Of a stretch of 64,000 bases of DNA, positions 30,861 through 40,114 are shown in pieces. Where the stretch lies: the IMG/VR virus record IMGVR_UViG_3300033148_007030, positions 34,003 to 98,002 of that record; one strand, 5' to 3'. Source of the stretch: a virus. Both the position numbers and the translations under genes were made by a program. How positions within the stretch are numbered: position 1 is the stretch's first letter; every line of letters begins with the position of its first letter. The notes below the pieces were generated by a model. That model had not been told where the DNA came from and ran no database searches. It was given only the letters and a program-made list of their open reading frames with translations.

Positions 30861-32339
30861 TTATGTGAGAACTACATCACAACTATCCTCTCCAAATGTT
30901 CCTAATGCCTTTAATGGAATAGATAATTCAACCGCTGGCGCAGCAAAAGTAACCGTTGGAACTTCCAAAGCACATTTCTTCATATAAATTTCCATCTTAT
31001 CTCCCTGAGTATCACCAAGAACCACCAATACAGGGGATTCTGTTCCATCAAATCCATCTGTAAAGTACTTAGCATTGTCCTTCGTAAAATAAACAGAAAG
31101 TGTGGAAGTTATCTCTCTGACATTCTCCAAATAATCCTCTGGAAAATCGGTACCTACTTCATCTGCAACGTATTGTTTTGGAACGCTGAAAGTGAAATCC
31201 ATCCCTTTGATTTTCGCTGAAACATTATTTATTTCAATATCCGTAAGTCTGCTCTCAATAGGAGTTCCAATCGTAGTAGGACTTAATGGTAAATAACCTC
31301 GGATTGTCGATTCCGTTGCCCAGTCACCAACAGGTATGTTCCACGCAAAATTATGATTAGGTCCTATTATAGGAGTGGCCAAAGTTATTAAATCCCCTCC
31401 ATTTGCCCCACCAAGTGAAGTAATAGATTCAATCTGAAACCCGATTGATGCCGCTGTTCCAGGAGTCGTAGTAAGGTTATAAATGAACGCGCCAACTGAA
31501 AATCTCTTCCCATGGCCAGCAGGAACTGTGATATATTCAACCCCTGCTGTTGCTACAGCAGAAGTAACTGCCTGCCCTGCCCAAATCATTTCCATTCCTT
31601 CTCCACCATATTCAAATGTAACAGCCCCTTCATTATTAACACCAAGACTAACATTATTCACCGTGGCTCCTGACAAGCCCTGCACGAAATGATCGGTTTC
31701 AATCCAAATGGTAACTGATGGAGAATCAGTGTCCTGGTTGTAAAATCTGCTAACAAGAGTTACACTTGTAGGAGAATCGAGATCAGGGGCTGCTGTAGCT
31801 GGGGTAGTTCCATTATACCCCATAGTCAAATCACCTAAACTAGCCGTAGCAGAATTTTCTGCCTGATACAATACTCCATAATGGACTTGTTGGGTCGTAG
31901 CAACTGAAGCAACTTCAACAACCCCTACTCCTGGAAAACCATCCAAATCTATAATACCTTCAATGTGAATGAGTTCTGGAGTTGAAGTGGCCCAATTATC
32001 ACTATTAGATGCTACGGTGCTTACCGCCAACTGACCCTGCCATGCTTGAAACAATCCATCCCCTTGCGGAGTAGCATACGACTTATCTGGAATTCTAAGG
32101 TACATTGGAATAGACCAACTTCCAGCAGGCATAGCATTCTGAAATCGATCCAGAATATCCAGGGTATTCTTCTTCTCATCACTATCTACAAATGCAGGAT
32201 TTTGATTCAGCACCGCATCCCCTGCAGGAAGAATAAAGTCAGCAGTCGCACTTGGAAAAGTCATTGACCCACAAGTGGCTTCCAATGTCACAAAAACTCT
32301 TTGTTTTCTACTCAATCCTATTTCTGATAAACAGCTCAT
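30861..32339 (-). CDS. major tail tube protein with inserted domains
   Basis: Position between tail terminator and chaperone; siphovirus tube-like C-half (REITSTLSVYF). Confidence 0.75.
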   Translation of the reverse strand: MSCLSEIGLSRKQRVFVTLEATCGSMTFPSATADFILPAGDAVLNQNPAFVDSDEKKNTLDILDRFQNAMPAGSWSIPMYLRIPDKSYATPQGDGLFQAWQGQLAVSTVASNSDNWATSTPELIHIEGIIDLDGFPGVGVVEVASVATTQQVHYGVLYQAENSATASLGDLTMGYNGTTPATAAPDLDSPTSVTLVSRFYNQDTDSPSVTIWIETDHFVQGLSGATVNNVSLGVNNEGAVTFEYGGEGMEMIWAGQAVTSAVATAGVEYITVPAGHGKRFSVGAFIYNLTTTPGTAASIGFQIESITSLGGANGGDLITLATPIIGPNHNFAWNIPVGDWATESTIRGYLPLSPTTIGTPIESRLTDIEINNVSAKIKGMDFTFSVPKQYVADEVGTDFPEDYLENVREITSTLSVYFTKDNAKYFTDGFDGTESPVLVVLGDTQGDKMEIYMKKCALEVPTVTFAAPAVELSIPLKALGTFGEDSCDVVLT

Positions 32340-32436
32340 AATAAATCCTCCTTTCTTTTAAATTTTGATCACAAACGATCAACCCTTAATTTCAATAAAA
32401 TTTGTTTCATCCCTTTCCCCCTTTTTATAAATGTTA

Positions 32437-32832
32437 CTATTCACCCACCCATGTCCACAAATTAACTGTGACCATAACGTGAAACCACCCTTCATCAATT
32501 CCTACTTTATTCGTACTAGGTTCATCAAACCAAACTCCATTAAAACATGCTCTTCTAAACATGGCTTCCGCTCTAGTTGCATATAACATTGCACTTCTTT
32601 CCCCTATATTGGGTTTGGTGAATATAGAAAATTTCATCACCCCCGTTCTCATACCAACTCCATCTTCTCCCAATTCCCCAACAAAACTATCAGCCATAAG
32701 AAGATCAGGTTTTACCCAAGCAGTGGCTGCGGATGAATTAAAATCAAAATTTGGCCACGCTACAGGGCAAGCTGTTGACCAACTGGCATCAATCCCACTT
32801 GCTAAAGAAGATCTAATATCCTCAGGAGTCAT
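32437..32832 (-). CDS. tail terminator protein
   Basis: VAWPN..F......WV...R.GV....IF...G pattern. Confidence 0.75.
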   Translation of the reverse strand: MTPEDIRSSLASGIDASWSTACPVAWPNFDFNSSAATAWVKPDLLMADSFVGELGEDGVGMRTGVMKFSIFTKPNIGERSAMLYATRAEAMFRRACFNGVWFDEPSTNKVGIDEGWFHVMVTVNLWTWVGE

Positions 32833-32950
32833 TTCCTTGGCACTCCTTTAAAAGGGGTTTTCTTACTGGAAATAATTCTTTTTCTCTTCCTATCGATTTT
32901 AACATACCTCTTGGTTTTTGGATTTCTTCTTTGTATGATATTATTTTTCA

Positions 32951-33415
32951 TTATTTTATCCTATCAAATCCATTAAGTTCTTGCCTCCATATTTGATCAA
33001 ATTCAGAAAGCGCAAGAGCGTAAATACCTGCCGGTGCTTGTTTACTAGTACCATCTTCCAACTTCAAAGAATACGGTTGGTTATTAAAAATATAAATCGT
33101 TCCATCTTCAATTCTCCACCTCCAACCTTCCCTTTCTTGCCAAGCTGCCCCAGCAAGTCCTTTAGTTCCTCCGCCCCCAGGAAATTCTCCTTTTCTAAGA
33201 TCTTCCTCACCACCAGGATCAGAATTACTTATACCATGGCTTGCTCGATAAGCTCCTTTATCCACCGGAGACCTCTTAATAATACTTGCAAAAACCTTGA
33301 AGATAGCTAAACGAACTACGTCCTCAATATCCCCATCAATAGCAATAGCAAGATTATTCAAAGTTTTGGAAAACTCTTTTGCATTTTGATCAATCCTATC
33401 AAAGGAATTTACCAC
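32951..33415 (-). CDS. HK97 gp10-like neck/tail completion protein
   Basis: SPVDKGAYRAS...IYIFNNQPY...LE.G.SKQAPAG. Confidence 0.85.
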   Translation of the reverse strand: MVNSFDRIDQNAKEFSKTLNNLAIAIDGDIEDVVRLAIFKVFASIIKRSPVDKGAYRASHGISNSDPGGEEDLRKGEFPGGGGTKGLAGAAWQEREGWRWRIEDGTIYIFNNQPYSLKLEDGTSKQAPAGIYALALSEFDQIWRQELNGFDRIK

Positions 33416-33778
33416 TTACTTTCCTTTACCTTGGAAGTGTCCTTCTTCTTTTGCTACTCGTTTAGATAAAAGAACTTTCTCTTTGCTAATCTCTTCAATA
33501 TAAGCCTTGAGTTGACCTATCTCCTTGGCCAAACTTTTATTCAAATTTCCCAATTGTTTTATCTTGTTCAATGCTCCTTGTAATCTCATAGACATGATAA
33601 TTACCTCCTTTTTTATTTTTTTGTTAGTTTGAAACCGTGAGCAAAAGCTTCCTTCATTTTAATTCCAATCTTTCTTTTTTTCTCCGAATCATAACAAGTC
33701 ACTGCGCCCGTTTCTTTATTTTTTAAACAATACTTTTTCTTTCCTTTAACCTTTTTTGAGAATTTCTTATAAGGCATT

Positions 33779-34153
33779 TTAATTCCTAATGTGTATCTTA
33801 TACAACAAAATTGTTCCCCCCGGCTTGAGAGGAATGATTCCTAAAACATTCAACACTTTGGAACTATAAATAATATCAAAATTCTTCCTTGTATCTAACG
33901 CTGGTAAAGCAACCCCATCACTATCAAGAGCAGATAAAAGTACTCGTTTATCCCCAACTTGCACCAATGTCCCATCTATATCTCTTTGACTAAAATTCAG
34001 TATCAACCCTTTCACATCATAACTTGCGGCGGAAGTTGCATAAGTATCTGCTACCGGATCATACGTCCCAAAAGTCATACACCTGACAACAAAATCATCT
34101 CCAAACGATCCAATCTTACTATCAGCCATTGTTCTTAGTTTATTGTAATCCAT
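33779..34153 (-). CDS. head closure protein
   Basis: YDP......IDGTLVQ.GDK....P.G pattern; position. Confidence 0.75.
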   Translation of the reverse strand: MDYNKLRTMADSKIGSFGDDFVVRCMTFGTYDPVADTYATSAASYDVKGLILNFSQRDIDGTLVQVGDKRVLLSALDSDGVALPALDTRKNFDIIYSSKVLNVLGIIPLKPGGTILLYKIHIRN

Positions 34154-34154
34154 A

Positions 34155-34646
34155 TCACACTCGTTTCAATGTAGTGTAATCTACCACAATTCCTTCGAGG
34201 TAGGCGTCAATCGCTCTAAAAACAATTTCATTTTTACCTTGCTCGTAAGAAATAGTAATAACGTCAACTTTTTCCGATGTTACAAAATCATCTCTTGTTA
34301 AATTCGATTGCAAAACTCCTGGGCTAACAATCTCTTCATACGCTGCCCTGGCCTGAGCTTTCAGTAAACAGGTGGGAATGGCATCTTCATCAATAGCATA
34401 ATCATCTTCATCTGTTGCCCCATAACGAGGCCATTTCACTACTTGATCACTCTCTACTTTATATCCTTTAAAAGACATACTCTCAATATATGCCATGCCT
34501 CTCAGAATAGCGGCATCCTTACTATCGTCGTCCGTCTCATCCCAGGCAGTCAAACCAAGATTCTCACAAAAAGTATCAACATAAGCTGAACTGACATATG
34601 AATTTGCAGTTGCTACAATCGAACCATCTTCAAGTACAATAGCCAT
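34155..34646 (-). CDS. head-tail adaptor (DnaT-like annotated family)
   Basis: EDGS.V..ANSYVS, Q...WPR, IP..L..AQ...A, EKVD.I...Y. Confidence 0.85.
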   Translation of the reverse strand: MAIVLEDGSIVATANSYVSSAYVDTFCENLGLTAWDETDDDSKDAAILRGMAYIESMSFKGYKVESDQVVKWPRYGATDEDDYAIDEDAIPTCLLKAQARAAYEEIVSPGVLQSNLTRDDFVTSEKVDVITISYEQGKNEIVFRAIDAYLEGIVVDYTTLKRV

Positions 34647-34657
34647 TTACATTCTCC

Positions 34658-35020
34658 TTATTTTATATGTACATACTGAAAATAAAATGGGTGCATTGCC
34701 CCAGAAGCCAAATCCAATTCAAAAATCAAAGTAGCTTTCTCTCCTTTATAATCTACAGCAATAGGATATTGTAATTTAAGAATCACATTTGTAGGACCAA
34801 TCGCGGTAGCTATACCAAAAGCCGGATCGATCAAATCATTTATTTCTGTTTCACTTGCTAAGGTACTTGACGGAGTAACATTTCCCACAAAAGCCCGAAC
34901 AGATATAGGAAGAGATATACTAGATCCTGTTGGTAATCCAGGAGAAAAATTAAACGAATACACCCCCCATAAATCAGTATAATATCTAACCTCTATACTT
35001 TCTTTATCAAAATCAGCCAT
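34658..35020 (-). CDS. putative fibre/collar adaptor protein
   Basis: Small beta-rich protein, D...YSF.F...LP.G..I pattern, directly before the head-tail adaptor. Confidence 0.45.
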   Translation of the reverse strand: MADFDKESIEVRYYTDLWGVYSFNFSPGLPTGSSISLPISVRAFVGNVTPSSTLASETEINDLIDPAFGIATAIGPTNVILKLQYPIAVDYKGEKATLIFELDLASGAMHPFYFQYVHIK

Positions 35021-35315
35021 AATAAAACCTCCTACACCACATAAATTCGTTTCAATTTTTTCAAGGCAACAAACTCAGGTTCGGAAAGTATGGCATTAAA
35101 CCATTTATCATTTCTTGCAAAAGGCACCTTTACCCATTCGCCATCTTCTTCGTAAAGAATCCATACTAATCCTTTTGGACAGGCATACCCTGCAACATTC
35201 TTTCCTAGCACCTCAAACGGAAATAATATTTTAACTTCCAACTGATTAAATACGCTCGGATTAATAACCAATGAATTTCCTCTTTTACCAATCATTTTAT
35301 AACCTCTATTATTAT

Positions 35316-35344
35316 TATTTTATAAAATAAAAACTTAAACTCAA
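35316..35344 (-). promoter_or_regulatory. sigma70-like late promoter, class B copy 1
   Basis: TTGAGT-TTAAGTTTTTATTTTA-TAAAAT; matches 50303-50330. Confidence 0.6.
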
Positions 35345-35354
35345 AATTAAATAT

Positions 35355-36215
35355 TTAAACAAAATCTTTCCATTTGTTAAATTCCTCAAAAAGAAGCTGT
35401 CTACTATTAAAAGCCTCTTTTTTACATTGTTCATTATCTTTACAATACCCTTCCATTTTAGTCATAAGATTGTCAAACCAACCTTCTTGCCACCACTTTC
35501 CATGAACTGTTAAAACTTCCAACCCATCTGCAGTAATAAGCTTGCCCTCTTTTCGAATAACTCTCGTATTTTGTTTCAACATGAAATGATGAATTCCAGT
35601 AGTCTGTTGAGAAGGCAAAACCAATATATGATCCAACTTGTCATGAATCATCATAAAAATATTCTGCAAATCGAAGTCAGCTCCAGTCCCTATTGTCATT
35701 TTATGAACATACAAATCTTTCCACACTTGCCCATGCTTGGCCGTATCCATTATAGTAGGTATTGAACAAATAGTTTTATAATCATAACAATCTGGAATAT
35801 CTATTTGGTACTTATCTCTCCAACCTTGGTGAAAACGAAAGTTAGATCCATTCGCTCCCCCAACTATAATTCCCGATTCAGCTATTCTGAAATAAAGATC
35901 TAAATTTGCGCAGAAAAACATATCAGTATCTGCCAACATAACAACTCCATCTAATTCAGAAGCAAACTTAAATCTAGGAATCTTCGTACTCCATGCAGTA
36001 TTCCGTCCTCCTTGTGGATGATTTACCCAATCTAAATTTACTACTTTCAAATAACTCCTATCTCGATATTTGGAAAGAAACTCTTCTGACAACTCCAAAC
36101 TTAAAAGATACACCGTGATCGGCCCTGAAGCATGGTAATATTCAAAACTATTTAAAAACGCTTGTAACCCGGGTTCATACCCTTTAGACGCTGCAACAAC
36201 TATCGAATATTTCAT
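35355..36215 (-). CDS. GT-A fold glycosyltransferase (GT8-like)
   Basis: IV.A....Y..G....LNS; LADTDMFF DxD motif; late HG.WW. Confidence 0.7.
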   Translation of the reverse strand: MKYSIVVAASKGYEPGLQAFLNSFEYYHASGPITVYLLSLELSEEFLSKYRDRSYLKVVNLDWVNHPQGGRNTAWSTKIPRFKFASELDGVVMLADTDMFFCANLDLYFRIAESGIIVGGANGSNFRFHQGWRDKYQIDIPDCYDYKTICSIPTIMDTAKHGQVWKDLYVHKMTIGTGADFDLQNIFMMIHDKLDHILVLPSQQTTGIHHFMLKQNTRVIRKEGKLITADGLEVLTVHGKWWQEGWFDNLMTKMEGYCKDNEQCKKEAFNSRQLLFEEFNKWKDFV

Positions 36216-36230
36216 TAGATGGTTTCCTTT

Positions 36231-36860
36231 CTAATCATCATATTTATACCAAAAGCGTTGGATGGTTTTATGTTCAGTACAGACTTCTTCCATTACAACT
36301 TCTAAATTTAAATCTCTCTCTAAACCAGGAACATCCACCCATGTAAATTGTGAAGGGTGCCAATCATGAACCCCTATTACGCTTCCTTTTGTAATAAAAG
36401 GAGCATAGGTTTTTAACTCCAAAGGCTTGTTCCCATTATCACAATACATCAAAACTTGATTCGATTTCAGAATATCACTAATAAACTTCCTGGTATCTTC
36501 GTTGACTTCTTGTTCTGGTTTTGGCACCCCCGGCCCTTTTTTCTGCAACCACATCTCATTAAAATCAGGGGAAAGCATTTTCGGCAAGTTTATAGGAGGA
36601 TTACAAGTCTCAAAGTTTATCCCATTTTCAAGACGATATAGAGCGTCAAAAGTATAAAATTTTAATCCTCTAACCTGAGCTTGAAACATCAGGAATAAAC
36701 TAAGACCTCCTCTACCAGTCCCTAATTCTACAATTGCATCGACCTTGATATTATTTAACAACCATTCGAATACAAACAATGCCATCATATCTTGACAACA
36801 AGATGCCCCAAACAATCTTTGCAGAGCCATTTCTTTTTTTAACGGATACTTAATAACCAT
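36231..36860 (-). CDS. class I SAM methyltransferase (CmcI/Methyltransf_24-like, sugar O-methyltransferase candidate)
   Basis: IVELGTGRGG, CDNG.K..E, G.VIGVHD. Confidence 0.75.
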   Translation of the reverse strand: MVIKYPLKKEMALQRLFGASCCQDMMALFVFEWLLNNIKVDAIVELGTGRGGLSLFLMFQAQVRGLKFYTFDALYRLENGINFETCNPPINLPKMLSPDFNEMWLQKKGPGVPKPEQEVNEDTRKFISDILKSNQVLMYCDNGNKPLELKTYAPFITKGSVIGVHDWHPSQFTWVDVPGLERDLNLEVVMEEVCTEHKTIQRFWYKYDD

Positions 36861-37642
36861 TCTTTAATTCTCCCTTCTTTGTAATTTGTTACATCTACAC
36901 TTGGTATATTCATTCTAGTATAGATTTTTACAGGATATTCTTTTTGTAAATAAAAAGTTCTATCAGGCATTACCGCCAAACTTAAAGGAAAATTACCTGA
37001 AGCTACACATATGCTCGCACAGCAAGATTGAAGCAAACTAATCAACTTTTTGATATCTGCAGGAACTCCCCTAACTGTTGCGTCAATAAAAGGGAATTTC
37101 TCATTAACAGGATTGTAATACATATGCTTGAAAAACGCTTCTATTGGAATAAATCCAGCTTCTATAACTTCGTCCCAGATCTTGTTGGCGGTTTCCTCAT
37201 CTGGATTGACAGGATCTGGCAAAGCAGTTGCTTGAAAATGTAAAGCAACCAACTTACTTTTAAGTGGCTTAATCTTTGGGTATGAACATACTGGATCAAT
37301 ACCTAATTCTTGTTTACAGCACCACTCTGATTTTGTCCACTGTCCACCAAGACCTTCTGACATAGGAAAATGAACCTGAAAAGTATAATCATACCCATCA
37401 ACCGATTGTCCAGGATCAGTTATTAATAAAGCATTAGGCATGATACTTTCCTGCCCCACTCCTTTTTGTAATGCTATATCAATTTTAGTAGCAGGAAACA
37501 TCTGCCTTAACTTATTAAATGAAGTAGCAAACATAATAAGATCACCTAGCCCATGCCAAAAAATAATACATACCCGAGCTGGTTTTTCCTTCCTCAAATA
37601 ATCGGCTATTTTCTCCCTTTGATACTCGGAAACTAACATCAC
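36839..37642 (-). CDS. GT-B fold glycosyltransferase (GT9-like)
   Basis: HGLGDLIM N-terminal motif; ICVASGNF C-terminal motif. Confidence 0.7.
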   Translation of the reverse strand: MMLVSEYQREKIADYLRKEKPARVCIIFWHGLGDLIMFATSFNKLRQMFPATKIDIALQKGVGQESIMPNALLITDPGQSVDGYDYTFQVHFPMSEGLGGQWTKSEWCCKQELGIDPVCSYPKIKPLKSKLVALHFQATALPDPVNPDEETANKIWDEVIEAGFIPIEAFFKHMYYNPVNEKFPFIDATVRGVPADIKKLISLLQSCCASICVASGNFPLSLAVMPDRTFYLQKEYPVKIYTRMNIPSVDVTNYKEGRIKEWLLSIR

Positions 37643-37887
37643 TTGAAACTCCTCGGTTTAAAACGGGCAATGTTGATTGGTGTTTTTGGATTAGCTTCCC
37701 GTAAGAGCTTTTCAACTTCATTCAAACTAAGAATACAATCATCAGGCCTGAAATTAATCTGAGCCTGGTAATGGTGCAATACATCTTTCTCTCTATATGA
37801 GATAGTCATAAAAAATCCTTCGGCTTCCTGAGCTTCCTCAATCTTTTTGTTTAATTCCTCAATAATTTGTTCGTCTTTCTTTCCCAT
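37639..37887 (-). CDS. hypothetical protein
   Basis: 82-aa ORF with RBS. Confidence 0.5.
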   Translation of the reverse strand: MGKKDEQIIEELNKKIEEAQEAEGFFMTISYREKDVLHHYQAQINFRPDDCILSLNEVEKLLREANPKTPINIARFKPRSFK

Positions 37888-37905
37888 TGTTATTTCCTCC
37901 CGGAT

Positions 37906-38775
37906 TTAAAAGTTTAAAAGTCCTCCTTCATAATAAAGTAAAACATTTCTTGCTATTTCCTCTGGTGAGATCATAGCAAAACATCTTGGAACTCCCCCTA
38001 CTCGATTCTTGCAATCCTCATACTTTCCTGTCCAACAACCATTGCTCGAAGCGCATTTTAAACAACCAACCACACTTAAATATCTATGATAATTATTAGC
38101 CTGCCATCTTGGTGGTTCTTTTCCTCCTGCAACTATAACACTCGGTTTGTTAAAAGCCGAGGCTATGACGAATTGACAACTTATAGGCCCTATCGTTCCT
38201 TCTGACCAATATATAAGTTTTATCAGATCTCGAACACTGGTTTTCCCTACCAGGTTATAAACATGATCTAATTCCTCATGATAGTCATTGGAAGTTCCCA
38301 TCTGCACAATCTGAATCTTATTTTTTAATAGTTGAACAACCTCCTGCCAAAATGGATAATGCTTCAAAATAATATCTGACTTATATCCAGCATTAAGAAC
38401 CCAAAACTTACCAGGATATCCGAATTCTCTTTGAACAATATTATCATTCTTCTCTTTGTCAGATAAATGAAGATCTGGGTTCATAGATGTCCATGGTATA
38501 TCAATTCCTAACTGCTTCGCCAAATCTAAACGGAAAGCATCTGAAAAATGCATACTCCCTGGATTTTGAATTAAAGGATACCCAATATCGAAATGTTCTC
38601 CATCTTCATCTGCTATCTCCGTAATGTAAGGATTATTAAGCCATAAATCAGGCCAGCTAGTTCTCACATCAGTTTGATATTGTCCAGGATATGCTAAATG
38701 CAAATCTCTTACTGCATTAGTCATATAAACAGTATCACCAACATCTAATCCATGTTTAAGAATGAGTTTTCTCAT
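37906..38775 (-). CDS. GT9-like (heptosyltransferase-like) glycosyltransferase with a C-terminal Cys cluster
   Basis: GD.VYMT.AVRDLH..YP, LW.NNPYIT, NLVGKT..R.LI.LI, C..C....GCW...C......P.CF.MI. Confidence 0.8.
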   Translation of the reverse strand: MRKLILKHGLDVGDTVYMTNAVRDLHLAYPGQYQTDVRTSWPDLWLNNPYITEIADEDGEHFDIGYPLIQNPGSMHFSDAFRLDLAKQLGIDIPWTSMNPDLHLSDKEKNDNIVQREFGYPGKFWVLNAGYKSDIILKHYPFWQEVVQLLKNKIQIVQMGTSNDYHEELDHVYNLVGKTSVRDLIKLIYWSEGTIGPISCQFVIASAFNKPSVIVAGGKEPPRWQANNYHRYLSVVGCLKCASSNGCWTGKYEDCKNRVGGVPRCFAMISPEEIARNVLLYYEGGLLNF

Positions 38776-39014
38776 ACAGCACCGATATTATGCTTTTCCT
38801 TAATCATCGCAAACCGATTTTCATACTCTATTCTTTCTTTCTCTGGTAAATCTTCCCATCCAAAATATCCCGTAACATATCGTATTTTTTTGCATTCTTT
38901 TAATAACTCCAAATTATGTTTAGCAAAACTTCTTACACTATTTTCCCATTCAGGATGTCCAGGCCAATAACTTGGATCTGTACATACGCCACCTTTCTCA
39001 GTAGTTAATTCCAT
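38772..39014 (-). CDS. hypothetical protein
   Basis: 80-aa ORF coupled to the GT9 gene. Confidence 0.5.
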   Translation of the reverse strand: MELTTEKGGVCTDPSYWPGHPEWENSVRSFAKHNLELLKECKKIRYVTGYFGWEDLPEKERIEYENRFAMIKEKHNIGAV

Positions 39015-39023
39015 TTTATCCTC

Positions 39024-39551
39024 CTATAAACTATTAAAGTTACATTTCGCATATAACACCGATGTAATATCCTTTCTAGGCGGGCATTCTGGTTGCCCTA
39101 TTTTTATTCTTTCAAACCCATACTTTCTAAATAAAGCATCTAAAGTAGCTTCCGTGAAATAAGATAGATGCTCCCCGGGCTTGAAGTGTTTCCACCCATT
39201 AAAGCTTTTCTGTTCAGGTAGCATTGGTAAAGTTATTGCCACGTTTCGAGCTAAAGCTAATATGGGTTCTATTACACTGAAATCCAATATATGCTCAAGC
39301 ACATCCCAAAAACAAACGACATCGTACATTATAAGTTTGATTCCCGTTTGCGGATAGTTTGCAATATCATAACTATAAACTTGTACACCTTTTGGCCTCC
39401 AAGCTCTAAACCAACCACAACCAGTACCATAATCCAATACAACATTAGGATTAATAGAAGCAATCCAATCCCAACGAATAGCTGCAATCTCTTCCCCAGT
39501 TTTACTATACTGTCTAAGCATATTTTCATAATAATCTAAGTCATAGTTCAT
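39024..39551 (-). CDS. class I SAM methyltransferase (Methyltransf_23-like)
   Basis: VLDYGTGCG, FWDVLEH, EHL.YF. Confidence 0.85.
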   Translation of the reverse strand: MNYDLDYYENMLRQYSKTGEEIAAIRWDWIASINPNVVLDYGTGCGWFRAWRPKGVQVYSYDIANYPQTGIKLIMYDVVCFWDVLEHILDFSVIEPILALARNVAITLPMLPEQKSFNGWKHFKPGEHLSYFTEATLDALFRKYGFERIKIGQPECPPRKDITSVLYAKCNFNSL

Positions 39552-40099
39552 GATTTAAACCTAAAAACTTTAGGACACCCAGGGGGTCCATTTAATGTAT
39601 CTGTAAGTTCATCACTCGGATCGCTCTCAAGACCTTCTGTGTCAAAAGCAGTCGCAACCCAAAAATAAGTACCATCTTCAATCTCAAGAGTTACCTCTTC
39701 AGTTCCAACCGGAATTGTTGCTATTAAATTAGTAGATGTCGGTCCATAAGTATACACTCCAGATTGATTGGATTGATATATCCTATATCCTGCTAAATCA
39801 GATTCAATATTAGCATCCCATTCAAAAGTAGCTATTTCAGATGTAATACCAATACCCACCACTAAAAAACTCGACAATAAAAAAGCCAATATCCAAATAG
39901 GCAGCTTCCCTGGTGTAGCAGAAAACACAGTTTTAATAATTAATTTCACAAAAGATGTAACCCAGACAAGGAACTGCCAAATCCATGTCAAAATATCTGA
40001 ATTACCCTTTATTTTTTCTATCTTTTGGATAAGGGTATTTAGGAGCAAAAGCCCCATTATAACTAACTCCCAATAGTTTATTAAAAATTCTTTTATCAT
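39548..40099 (-). CDS. membrane-anchored fibronectin type III domain protein
   Basis: Hydrophobic N-terminal helices; WDAN.ESDLAGYRIY...YFW..TAFD..G.ES..S FN3 signature. Confidence 0.75.
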   Translation of the reverse strand: MIKEFLINYWELVIMGLLLLNTLIQKIEKIKGNSDILTWIWQFLVWVTSFVKLIIKTVFSATPGKLPIWILAFLLSSFLVVGIGITSEIATFEWDANIESDLAGYRIYQSNQSGVYTYGPTSTNLIATIPVGTEEVTLEIEDGTYFWVATAFDTEGLESDPSDELTDTLNGPPGCPKVFRFKS

Positions 40100-40114
40100 A
40101 ATTTATCTCCTTTT

